Assembly: GCF_003704095.1 (NCBI RefSeq)
Contig: NW_020845843.1
Coordinates: 62,001 to 126,000, forward strand
Origin: Pocillopora damicornis
Lineage: Eukaryota
Length of the DNA: 64,000 nt
Direction of reading: 5' to 3'
Shown: piece by piece, positions 1-12,300 of the stretch
Layout of the letters: every line of letters starts with the position of its first letter
Position numbering within the stretch: the stretch's first letter is position 1
Translations under genes and position numbers: made by a program
Notes under the pieces: model-generated
Told to the model about the DNA's origin: nothing
Databases searched by the model: none
Seen by the model: only the letters and a program-made list of their open reading frames with translations

Positions 1-110
1 TTCCTTTTTTGTACAGTGCTAATTTCTAAACTGATTGAGATTGTGTTACCTCTATGGATTGGTTGACGTGTCCCCGTCTCACTTTCTCCTTATGCTTTGT
101 TATCTTGCAG

Positions 111-3100
111 CCCGCCTTTTAAGATCAAATATTCTTCAACCCCCTTGTGGTGAGTAACAACAATTTATTCCTCTTTAAATGCACTTTCAAGAGCTTATTT
201 CTCAGGTAGATTTTTACGTTTTCAAGATGAAGAATGTGAAACCATGAGTGGGGAACTATTGGCAGCTTTGTGTCGCTCCTTCTAATGTATGATAAGACAT
301 TCTTTGGTTCTAGTGATTAATCATGGTCATACTTTTGCACTCAAAGAGTTTAGAAGACTGCACAGTAAGTCAGATATTATGTTCAGTGAAGTAGATTGTT
401 ACTACAAAACAGCATGCGCCCAAACACTTAGTTAGAAGATTATGCTTATCAGAGAACTCGCCCGTGTTTCGTTTTTAAACAGATGCAGAGACAACAAATG
501 TACGTTTAGATTGCATAGGAGGTAAGTGGCCGTGTGTATCAACTGGGAGCGACTTTCAATCCTGAGTGAAACAAATCAGCTGATAATTCAAAGTTCACGG
601 TTTTTGTTAAGTGAGTACACACGTGTTATGCTAGGAAACAACTTTCTCTCTTTTCCCGACAGAGTTAACAAACAAAGAGGTTAGTATCTTTTGGTTTGGA
701 ATCGCTGTCTTTACTGCGAGTCATTTTTCATACATGTCATTGGTTTTGCGGCCTATACATGTGTCTTTCAACCTCCTCATCTTTTTGCACCTCTACTTAC
801 TCACTCAGGAGCTCTTCTACGGATTACAGTCTGGTGAGTTTAGGATCGAGTGTAACACACAGCTGACTTAGTAAGTTTAATGACCGACCGATCGACTGAG
901 TGACAAATTGATTAACTGTCTGACGGACTTGCTACTGCGCTGTCTACACACATGTCGTTGGTAGCCGTGTAGTGTTTTAGTGCTCTTACATCGTAGCCTA
1001 TTCTTTCCTTGGGAAAGAAAAACAAAATGACTAACTCATACATACCTGAGGCAGTTTTCCCAAGTTTATGCGCGCACGTGCGATTTTTTGACGCGCACGA
1101 CTTTTTTTATTCGCAATTGCATGCCATCTTTGGCCCGTTTTATTCGCGTTTTTCGGTTAACGTATGCGCGAGCGGTGCTGTATGCAGGATACCTGTGTGT
1201 TCACCCGATAAGCTTGCCTATTAATCATTTCTTTTTTTTCTTCAAAAGATGGCAAACTGAACTATTTGCCTTCCTTTTTTTCATTCGACAGTGATAGGCC
1301 GGTTCTTAGATATTGACCACCTAACCTCTATGTGTGTTCAGCTTCCCAAGCAAGAAACAGTGAAAACAGCTGAATCCAAAATCACAACAGTTATATACCT
1401 GAAGCACACCCTGGAGCTTGTCGAGCCTTTAAGAACGGCTCTACAGGATACCGAGGCGGACCTTTTCAAAGCTTATTATGAGGTACAGTTTTAGAGACAT
1501 GACTAACATGCTGGTCAAAGTCGTCGAGCTAAAAAACGTCAGCTAAGCTTAGGACGTTTGCTCAGACAATTGCCTTTTAAAAAGAGTGAATTTGAAATAT
1601 TCTTTCATCGGCTAGTTTTTTTTTGTGTCACACAGTCACTCAATGATAGCAGATTTGCAACCATCATGGAGAAGATTCAGACTGTCATACATGATGACAC
1701 TCGGTATCAGAAAGGAACTCTCAACATGAGGACTCAGAAATGCTTTGCTGTTAAGGTACAAGCATGGACTAATACACCTCAACAGGGGCTCAAGCTAAGA
1801 TACTGATTTTGAAATCAGGAAATGCTTTAAAAGTTATTTTCAGATCACTTCAGTTTTCTGTGAGCGATCTTAAGATTTTAGCGCGATAAGGCCAGAATGG
1901 AGGGTTTCGTCTCCCACATTGATCTTCTCTGGGTACGAATTCAATCACAATTCTAATCTTCCTTATTTTAATGGAATAATGGAATCGTTTCCTACAATAG
2001 GAATTCCCGCGATGATTTTATAAGGATCTTTATTTAATCAAAGAATTCGTAGGAATTGTTATTAATTACACATGGAGTAGGTTCGAGCTAACTGTTTTGT
2101 GCATTGCAATACTAACTTTTATCTTTACTGCCTTTTTCCAATAAAAAAAAAATCAATTTGAAACATGGATGAAAGCCTCATATAAACGGTAAGAATATCT
2201 TCCATCTTAACTTATCCTATTTTAATTAGTACAGGAGATATTGACCATGGTATGACATCCTTGCAGGCCTGTTGGACGTTGCCAGGAGAACGTACACTGA
2301 GATTGTCGATGACATAACTGGTGAGTTAATTAGATCTGTACCCCTTATAACGTGCGGATAATGATTCAATACGTATAGCATGATCAATAAAATGTTTAAT
2401 AATGAGATAAATTATAATATACGATGTCTTTTTATCCTTATGCATCTGCCAGTGAGTTGAATACAAAGTATGTATCAGATCGTTTTACGAACTTTGGAAT
2501 CTTGTCGGATTAGGACCTCGTTTTGAGACCTGTGTGCTCTTGCTACATGTATACGTTATGTTCACTCCTTTGGTAACCGCTGGGACATATATATCTATGT
2601 CATCTATAGCATAAGTTGGTCTTGATTTCAGAGATGATCAAGCAATTGGGGGAAAGGCACAACTTACCCCTAAAAACTGGTTTCAACGGCACCAAGGGGT
2701 TTTTTGTGCAAATGACGCTTAACCGAGATGAACATATTGACTTAAAAACACTGCCCAACGAGTTCCTAAAAGCAACGAAGGTCAGAAGTGCTGTCTGTTT
2801 TACCACGGTAGATCTGGTTAGTATAAGTAATAGATATATCGATACCAAAAGAAGACTTATTTGAAGACGTGTTGTAGAAGATAACTTAAACTTTTACGTT
2901 TAGTGCTGAATTGTATTTTTTTCCTCTGCTCTTTTCTTTTTTGTTTCTTTGATACTTTAGCTACTTTCTCTTTCGTCGAAATCGAACTCGTTTTTTGCTA
3001 GTAAAGAAGAATATTATTTATAAGTGATAAACGTAAAACTAGGTGATTTTGCAATATGTAATCATGAACTAAAAGAATCTCAGTTAATGACAATATCTAG

Positions 3101-6100
3101 CCATACTGATTTATTGCAGCTACTGACTTTTATTTCTTTTCACCCTCACTGCTCCTTTTAATGGCTTTAGATAAAGCTTAATGGTGAGTTGTCTAGTCAT
3201 TTCATAAATAACTTGAGCGTTTATCTCTTGGTGCCAACAACAATATTTAAAGAGTGTCTCAATTTCTTACCATAGACAGGATAAAGGAGTCTTTGAATGA
3301 AATATATCTCATGACAAATGTGTAAGTCTTGCAATTTATTTTTGTATGGACTTAAAGTGCAGCCTCGACATTCGCTAATTTTGTGTCCGCTAGGGAAACT
3401 AATTTATTAAGGTTAATAAGTCGCCATTGAATGCTGCAAAGAGGTACAGAACTGATGCAAAACAAATTTTCCTATATGTCAGTCTGCGTCAAGTTTCTTT
3501 AGGCGTGGCTCCCACCAGCTGCATTGCAATCGAAATGATAATGATAGGTGGCCTTCAGTCATGTCTGTGCGACGAACCAAAAATCTTGACGGACATAATT
3601 TTGAGAGCAATATCTAACTTTTTTTTTATCTTTTTAACATTTATAGGGTAGTATCTGAACTTCTGAGTGAAATAAGGGAACACATGGGTTGCCTTTATAA
3701 ACTTGCTGAGCTTGTCAGTGTGATGGACATGTTGGTTTCATTTGCTCACCTATGTACTTTGTCTGACTATGGTAGGTTTGTTCTTTATGGCTCGTCTCTA
3801 GATGCGTTGTCAGTTTTATAATTAAGAGGCACATTCTTGTTTCTTTTTAAGTTCGACCAGAATTCACGGATACTTTGGCGATTAAGAATGGACGTCATCC
3901 TATTTTAGATAAAATACTTCCCGAACCACCAACAGCAAATAACACGGTCAGTATAATAGGATAAACTGACATGTTCCTTTCAAATTTTACGAGGAACCTT
4001 TTCAGGGCGTTGGATTCATGATTAGCTTCTTTAATTCGTTCACTGTAGAGCTAGCAGGCGTTTTGGCAATTTGGTTCCTAATGAAAACAGAAGAAAATAG
4101 ATTAATGGGTAGAAGTAAAACTGGGTTGCCCCAAGCTAATTATTAATTATGTTTTCTTTTCAGTATGCTACTGAGGGGTCAAATTTTCTAGTCATAACAG
4201 GACCTAACATGGTATGCTAGTGCCTGGTAGAACAAATTAAACTGTCCCTTAAACACTTTTAAAAACAAATACCAATGCGCGATGTTTTTTAACTGTAGAG
4301 TGGTAAATCTACATACCTGAAACAGATAGCCATGCTCCAAATAATGGCCCAGGTTGGATGCTACGTACCTGCGGGATACGCTTCATTCAGAGCCGCTGAT
4401 CAAATACTTTCAAGGATAGGAAGCGATGATGACATTGAAACCAATTCCTCCACCTTCACCCTTGAAGTGAGTTTCATTTACTTCGAAAGTGGTTTCCATA
4501 AAGCTTATGGCTTCCGACGGTTCCATTTAAGGGAAAAGTGTTTTTCACAAACCCTTTAATTTTCATTTCCACTGTTGAAAAGCCTACGATAAAATTTACC
4601 CTCCTATGGCGATTTCAGATTCCATATATTTAACTAGTCGTTCAAAAATTCGTACTCACCTAAATGTAATTTTTGCCATGATACCTACTGACGGTACATG
4701 AGCAGGCCAAAAACAAGAATAACTACGATATATCGTAAGCTCAAAAGACTAAAGGCATCCTGTTTTATTTCGTAGATGCGAGAAATCCACTACATCATTC
4801 AGGTGCGTTTCCATTTCTTTTAAATGGAGTGTACATCTTCGTTTCCACATTTCAGTCTTTAGTTTGCACGTTTACAAGGAATTTAAATTTTTTTCTAGAA
4901 TGCCAGTGACATGTCACTTATCATAATTGACGAGCTTGGAAGAGGTACATTACTCAGATTCACAGTGACGTACTAAATTGTTAGGACGTTGTTGAGGGAG
5001 AAAAGCTGAGCATGCCATAAGGAGCATCCTGTGGCTCTCTTCATTCGCTGCGATATTGCTCTGTGTCTTTTACACAACCACTACTTCAACTACTTCGGCG
5101 TCTAACTTCGTGTGTCTTGTATCGGTTAGTGTCATCAAAAAATGTAAATATAAAAGGAGAACAGTAATGGTGAAAATAACAATAACAACAATGAGAAGAT
5201 TGACTTAAAAAAGAAGTTAGAAATGAAGAGAAGGTAATTTTGACATTAGCTGCCACTATATCTCAACTGCTATCTTTTTTCCAGGAACTAGTAGCGAGGA
5301 AGGAGTTGGAATTTGTTTCTCCATTGCTGAAACTCTACTGAAAAGAAAGGTAACAATCAACCTGAAGGTTAATATGAAAAAATATAATCAGCATTTATTA
5401 GCGTTTAAATATTCCAACTGCTTTCCAAAAGCTCGCATTTATCTCACTAGATAGAAGATAAAAAAACGAATAGGTGAATGCAAATGTAAAATGTTCGTAG
5501 ATTTTGGTAGAGGCATTTAAAATGTCGGAAGCACTGTAGATGTAGTAATAGGTTTCTCTCTTATTTTATAGACATTTACATTCTTTGCAACCCACTTCCT
5601 TGAATTGACAACAATGGATAGCTTATACCCTAACGTAGAAAAGTAAGTGGAAAATGTGCCACCGTCGCAGCATCTCGGTAACGAATATTCTTAATACGAG
5701 TATCTTACTTATTGATTGATCGGTAGGTTTGATGAACTGATTGACTCATCGATTGATGAAGATTAAAGTGCTATTGTGTACTAGGCTATCCTGCGAAAAT
5801 ATCCAATTGATGTTATCACTGTTACTCTTATCATCGATGTCATCATTATCATTATTACTACTACATATAGATGTTTACATTTGCAGCCAAAGGAATTACT
5901 GTTATTTCAATGGAAACATACACACTGCTTAGAGGTACAACTGACATTAGTTTTCTCTCTTTACAGTTTGCATTTGAAGATCCAGGTAATTATTTTGAAA
6001 CATTACCACAATAGGTTAGTCAGATTTAAACTGGTAGCTTGTTACTTCCCAAAAAATTAATTTCCTGGGAACACGATCGTTTTGCTAATCCTCCACGCAG

Positions 6101-7685
6101 GTTATTGGTAAGCATTTATTAGTTGATGAATTTGTTCTAACTAGAATATTTGAAATATGTTTTCAGAAAATGTTTAGTGCAGAAGCTGCAAGTGAGAAAA
6201 TAACATACACTCACGTGGTATCAAAAGGAAAAACAGAAGAAAAACACTATGGTGAGTATTCAACACAAAAAATGATAATCTTGAATTATATATAGTAATT
6301 ACGAGGAATGTGATTAGTACCGGGCTTCATAATACTTGTAATTGTGCTCGCCTATAGATGCTGCATGCATGCTCAGTCTTGCCTCCTGGTGGTATTCCTA
6401 GAAATAAAACCTTAGTAATTCGCCTAAAAATTGAAATATTCTCTACTCACGCCCACCCATACTGGACTAGATTTTTTCACCTCTGCATATATTCGCCCTT
6501 TACTTCCTGTTGAAATGTTGAATTCAATAGGGACTGTTTCTCAAAGCTTTAACACCTTACACTAAAACTGGCATTATCTTCCCGGAAATACTGTCGCGCG
6601 TGACTAGAAGGCTTCCTCTTGTCTGTAACGAGTTGCGATTTTTTGGATGAAAATAAGGTTGCTCGAGTTATTAAACTGGAAGCGTTTCATCCATGACAGG
6701 TGTTCAACTTGCTGAGTTCTCGACGTTGCCTCAGTCAATCATCAGGGAAGCTCGAGAAATTTCAACCGAGTTGACAAGACAGAAAGAGGTAGATATGAAG
6801 TCGCAGTTCGTATTTCAGTCGCCGCTCTTTATTTCAATTTACCAAAGTTTTCGTAAGAACGAAACAGGAGGATTCTCACTTGCCCAATCTCAAATCATGA
6901 GTGAAGAATTAACCTTACTTCATCTTTCACGAGTTTCTGCTGCTTACCCTCCAGTTTATGTTCTCCTTCTTCCAAACTTAATTAACCCTTGGCTTAGAGC
7001 TCTTATTCCGTTTGACGTATGGAGATTATTCTCGTGACGACTACCACCTTGTGAGTTGGGAGAATTCCATTTGTTTATTCTTCATGGTGGTATGGGTTAA
7101 TTGATATCAATTCTTAGCTTTTTTGAGGAACCTGCTTGTGTCCTTTTTTAACCAGCCGTTGCAATTTACAAGACTTGACATTGGACCTTTGCATTCTCAG
7201 GCAGTGTGTTTAGATTTTTAAATCAAAAAGCTCTTTAAAAGAAAACTCTTAAAAAGAGTTTCGTTTCGAAATTCTGAGACAATTTTGGCGTGAGAGTGAA
7301 TTTTCTTTGGACAAAAGCAACCTCAACGTCACAGTTTGCTCGAACATAAATAAATAAAAGAAGTACGAAAAATCAAATTACGACGGCAGATAGTTTAAGA
7401 TAGCAAAGATTCAACTGCGAAAGATTGCAAATCTGGGAATTGCGCAACTTGAAAATTCAGGCTTAATTGTTGAAGATTTATGACTCAGCTCCTTTATCTA
7501 TGTCATTTCAGACGAGTCAGTTGTTGTCATCAGAGAGTCGCCAACAAATGGCAGTGTTCCGATTGGCAACTAAGCTTTTCCAAGCTGGACGCAACTCTCG
7601 CCTGGACAAAGCTGGACTGCAGGCTTACCTTTTGGGTCTTAAAAACCAGTTTGAGAGGGACTTTGTTCTTGAGGTCGAGGAATAG
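111..7685 (+). CDS. MSH4: MutS homolog 4 (meiotic), 3' portion; the 5' exons lie upstream of the window
   Basis: Exons 111-149, 483-521, 663-679, 809-833, 1292-1482, 1636-1755, 2176-2188, 2267-2320, 2632-2816, 3171-3183, 3276-3321, 3647-3771, 3852-3946, 4164-4211, 4299-4466, 4776-4802, 4899-4944, 5285-5349, 5572-5642, 5967-5985, 6167-6251, 6700-6788, 7512-7685 splice in frame with GT-AG ends. MSH4-specific peptides: [50 protein letters not shown]. Also Walker A GPNMSGKS, Walker [11 protein letters not shown] and FATHF. Confidence 0.96.
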
Positions 7686-8397
7686 AAAGGCGAAGGCATT
7701 TTAATTTTTAATCAGTCTTCCGCGAAAAGAGAATTTTTTTGAGGAGCCTCAACCGCTTTGCCCTGATGATATTAATTTTGATTTACCTCTATTGGGGTCT
7801 TAGCCGATATTTACCAAAGGAAAAAAACGATTTATACCAAAAAGCCACCAGAGTTGTGGTACTGGGAGAAAATGCTTGTGGTCCGAACTTGTGGCTATCA
7901 ATGCGCCAAGATTAATAAGGAAGCTGCTTTCTAGCTATCTTAACTATTTACCGTCACTTTTTTAACATTTATTACAAAATTTCACACCCATTTCGAACTG
8001 ATTTCTTAAGACTGTATTCTTCAAGATGCAGGTAGCTGAATTTCAACTAAAGTCATTCATTCTGAATTAATAAATGGCACTTACCGAAGACAGAATACGC
8101 CTTTGTCGGGTGACTATATTTAGTAAACAAGCTGCCCTAATACATATCACAGAGAGTCTGCAGGTTGCCATTGATACCTGTTTCATACAATAAAACAGTC
8201 CGTTGTTGTAAAAATAAACTCGGGTCTGAAGATGTGGGGGACTATGATTTCTGCTTTCGTTGAGTGTTTAGCAACCTGAATTGTTTGACAAACACGAACA
8301 TTTAGAGAACATTTTTACATTCAAACAAAACAGCAGTTAAAAATGGTTGAAAAGTCAGGCTTCCTAAAAGTGATTCAGATGTGCAATCAATAAAGCT

Positions 8398-8641
8398 CTG
8401 GGCCATGTTGTTCAAAGCTAGGTTAAGATGACCCGGGGTTAGTATGAAATCTGACCTCAGATCTGAAAGCTGTACAGGCATATTCTGTGTGTTTATTTTT
8501 GCCTACAATTTGATGCCTGAATGTTCTAAAAAGAATTGAAGAAATTATCTAAAATAGGCCTTTGAAGAAGGGAATAAAGAAATCCAGACTAAAACTTAAC
8601 CCCGGGTTAGCGCTAATCGGCCTTCGAATGACTGGGCGCTG
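8398..8641. mobile_element. MITE-like element with imperfect terminal inverted repeats
   Basis: The start CTGGGCCATGTTGTTCAAAG and end CTTCGAATGACTGGGCGCTGG are roughly reverse-complementary. Internal AACCCCGGGTTAG/ACCCGGGGTTAG motifs lie near both ends; no ORF. Confidence 0.55.
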
Positions 8642-9082
8642 GACATTAAGTGGAAGAGATCTACAGAAACTGACGCTAAATATACATTCCAACCTTAAAA
8701 ACCGTTGCGGATGAGACACGTAACAAGATTAAATTCGAACTAACAGATAAGAAACTGTTTGTTTCCTACTTGTGCCAGCAGCCGGAAGATCTCCTCTTTA
8801 GGGGTTAAAGTCCGTATGCAAATTTTTGCTTATCTCGCGTGGCCTTTGATTAATGCATGCGCCAATGCCACGCTAGACAACACGCTAACTTTCTTACTAT
8901 TTCTATTGAGGATTGTCCCTCATTCGGTCATCGAGTTGCTTTTCGTTAGTGTTAGATAAAAACGTTCGGCTCTTAAAACTCCATTAGTTCGAAGGTAGAC
9001 CCACAGTAAACTTAGCCAGATTAATGCTCGATAAAAAGTCATATTTACTTCTACCAACGTGAAATATTTACATTTCAGTCTA

Positions 9083-9222
9083 TCACGTGAAGGCCTCTTT
9101 GCCCACGTCTGTCACACAACCAGCCACAAATCACGTGGCGATATGGGATGAATGAAAACATTGCGACCTTTCGAAACGCCGTAAAAAATTAGCATTTTCA
9201 CAAAGTGAATAGGACCTATAAA
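9083..9222 (+). promoter_or_regulatory. Amt-A distal promoter: E-boxes and TATA box
   Basis: TCACGTGA at ~9083-9090, AATCACGTGG at 9129-9138 and TATAAA at 9217-9222; ATG at 9326. Confidence 0.65.
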
Positions 9223-9325
9223 GTACGTTGTTGTTTGGCGAGTGTTTCATCAGCCATTAAGGCCAAAAACACTTAAGTTCTTTACTATCATTTTCTGAGG
9301 AAGTAAAACAGAAGTAACAGTCGAA

Positions 9326-12300
9326 ATGGCCGACGCACAGTTTGAAAAACTTGAAGCCGGTTTTAAAGGATTAAGCGGGAACCTCGACCAAATGTTTTTG
9401 GTGATCATGGGATGCTGTATATTTTGTAAGTATAACTTCCCTTTTCACAAATATGGTCCTGGTGATATCCCTCCTACTGTTATTTGTGGCAGACCTTTAA
9501 CTCTTTCTCTTGGGCGTTATGATTAATTTTATTATATTTCGCTATGCGTGCGGACAATCTCGATTAACCCAAAATTCAACATGAATTATAAAATATTCAA
9601 ATAGTTCGCGCGCTCTGATTNNNNNNNNNNNNNNNNNNNNNNNNNNNNNNNNNNNNNNNNNNNNNNNNNNNNNNNNNNNNNNNNNNNNNNNNNNNNNNNN
9701 NNNNNNNNNNNNNNNNNNNNTTTGACCTGTTCTGTTTTTTACGAATCAACAACTCATATTTATTTTAAATGTGAATATATGAAAATCATAATGTGAAAAT
9801 TAAACAATCACGTCTAGTTACTTATTTTGTTGGATACGTTTGGTGTAATATGTTTTTCATGATTCGTGAACTTCACGAAATTGAATTTAACTCAGTGCGG
9901 CAGTCACGAGGCTTGCTACCAACAACTTAGGATCAAAACATTGACATTTCTACTGTAACACGTCAATTGCATATGGCTCCAGTCCTATTTAGTTCACAGC
10001 TAAGGTTTGCCAAGATGTCGTTGAAACAAAACGGTGGCTTCCTTTCCTCATGTACATCGCTGTATCGCACGTGTCACAAATATAAATCAAAACCCGTTTA
10101 CCCCTCAGAGCACGTAAGCAAGGAAGTAATGAAGTACGAGACACTCTTACTTAAGAACTGTACGAACAGTGAATCTCATATTCAGAGTTGGAATGATAAG
10201 GTAATATGTTTCTTTCGGTCTAACCTAAAATCATTTGGGCTTGAGATTATGTTAGTACGACGAAACTGTTTTCGCTTTGAAACAGAGGAAAAGTTGAAAA
10301 CTGATGTTTATCTCAAGAAACTATATCGTCACTTTGATGAACGCCACGCACATCTCATTGGACAATGACGACATAGTCCGAGTTCAAAGTCCAATCAATT
10401 GGGCAATTGTCCTCTTGAGACTTAAAATCTGAAATATCTACTTCGCACTTTGGAAAATCGACCCGAAGATTATCGGTCATCATATGCGATCATCTCGGAC
10501 ATGATGGAAATGGACTCACGTACACAACGAGATGAACAAAACTTCTGTTTGCCGAGCGAGAGTGATTGCGAGACTTTTGATGAGAAAGGATTTTTTAAGA
10601 TTCCATCAAATAAACTCGTTTCCGCAAGAAAGATTTTGCCACAAGAATCATTTGGAAAGGAAAGGGTCTTAGAACTTCGAATTGGTCTATGAAAATGTTT
10701 ATGGTGGTTGGGAGGGTGTATTTCAATCGTCTAAACTACATGAATGGATTAACTTTTAAAATCATTTTAACTTCAAAGACAACCCGCTTAGTGAACAAAT
10801 AAACAATACTACTTTTGTTTTTGCTTTGACCTGTTCTGTTTTGTTAAGTTTTCTATTTTTTTCGACTGGGTGTTCTTCGTTTTTCATGGACTTTGCTCGT
10901 CGTTCATACTATCATAACCAAACAATTCTTCCATAAATATCACGAGACACCTTATTTGCAAAACAAAGAGGAAGAAAAAGAGCTCACGTAGAAAATTACC
11001 ATTTTATGAAATGAGTCACCAGTGTTTCATCGTGTTCTAAATGCGTCCACTCCCGAGAGACTGCCCGTTTAATTACCCTTTAAAAAATTACATTCCACAT
11101 TCAATTCTCTCATTTGACTTCACGGCCTCGACTCTCTCTTTGAAGTCGTTTGCTCGCTGCCACTGAATAAAGCAAAATGAGCTTTGCCAGCGCAACTGAG
11201 TTTCTAGAGGTCAAGAAGACTTTAGCCATGTTACAAGGGAACATAGATCAGCAATTTTTGCTTTTAATGGGATGCCTCATCTTTTGTAAGTTCTCGAAAA
11301 TTGTCTAATAATGGAGGTGTTTACATGGACCTCCACAGTCACTGTGATTTAATACATGATATTTTATTTCATTCCATATTTGTGATAGGTATTGTGAAAA
11401 CAACTTACATTTCTCATTGCAGTTTTTCAGTCCCCTGTTCAAACTCACCAGTTGCAATTCTATCGGGTCAAACATTTTCACAAACTAACGCAGAAACGAG
11501 CGCATCTATTCATTTAATAAACTAGTCATGCACAATAACATTGGGACATAGAAGAGAATTATCCAGTGATTCCTATTTCCTATATGTTTTCTGCGGAAAC
11601 AGCTTCAAGCATCCAATCCGCGCTTGGTAGAGAAAATACCAAATGACGTTGCTAACAACAAGAAAGGAGCTCGGATTAAAACACTCAAGTGTGGGTGTTT
11701 TACTTGAAGCTACTTTAACCTCAAAACCTGTATCATTTCTGCGACTTTTGCTGACTTATAATGTTTTTTTTTTTGCGAGCAATGCGCCTAAACGAACTAG
11801 CAATGCAATTTTGTTTGGAAATAATTACAGAATGCAGAGCCACAAAGGTCTCTCTTGCCGGTATGCTTTGACAAGTCTAAGAATAACAAAGGAATAATAA
11901 TAAAAGGAATATGTGGTCCTGTATTATGTAGTTATTAATTTTTGGTATAAAATATTCAGGTTACTGAATTCATGTCAATATTTTGCAGTTATGCAGGCAG
12001 GATTTGCTTTCCTCGAGGCCGGATCAGTGCGATCGAAGAACACGACGAACATCCTAATAAAGAATTTCTTGGATGTGTGTAAGTATGGATTACACAAAGC
12101 CTCCCGTAAAAGAGTGAAAGTAATGATTTATAAGCATTAGTATTTGTGCCCTCTACGTCTAATTAGCAATTGCGAATCATTTGATTGTCTTTGAAACCGT
12201 GATGGATGAATTTTCAGTTCTATAGGCAGACAGCCAAGTCCTTAGCTTTCTCTCTATGTAAGGGTAAGTTTCTCTCGATCAAGTCGAGGTTTTCAAGGGG

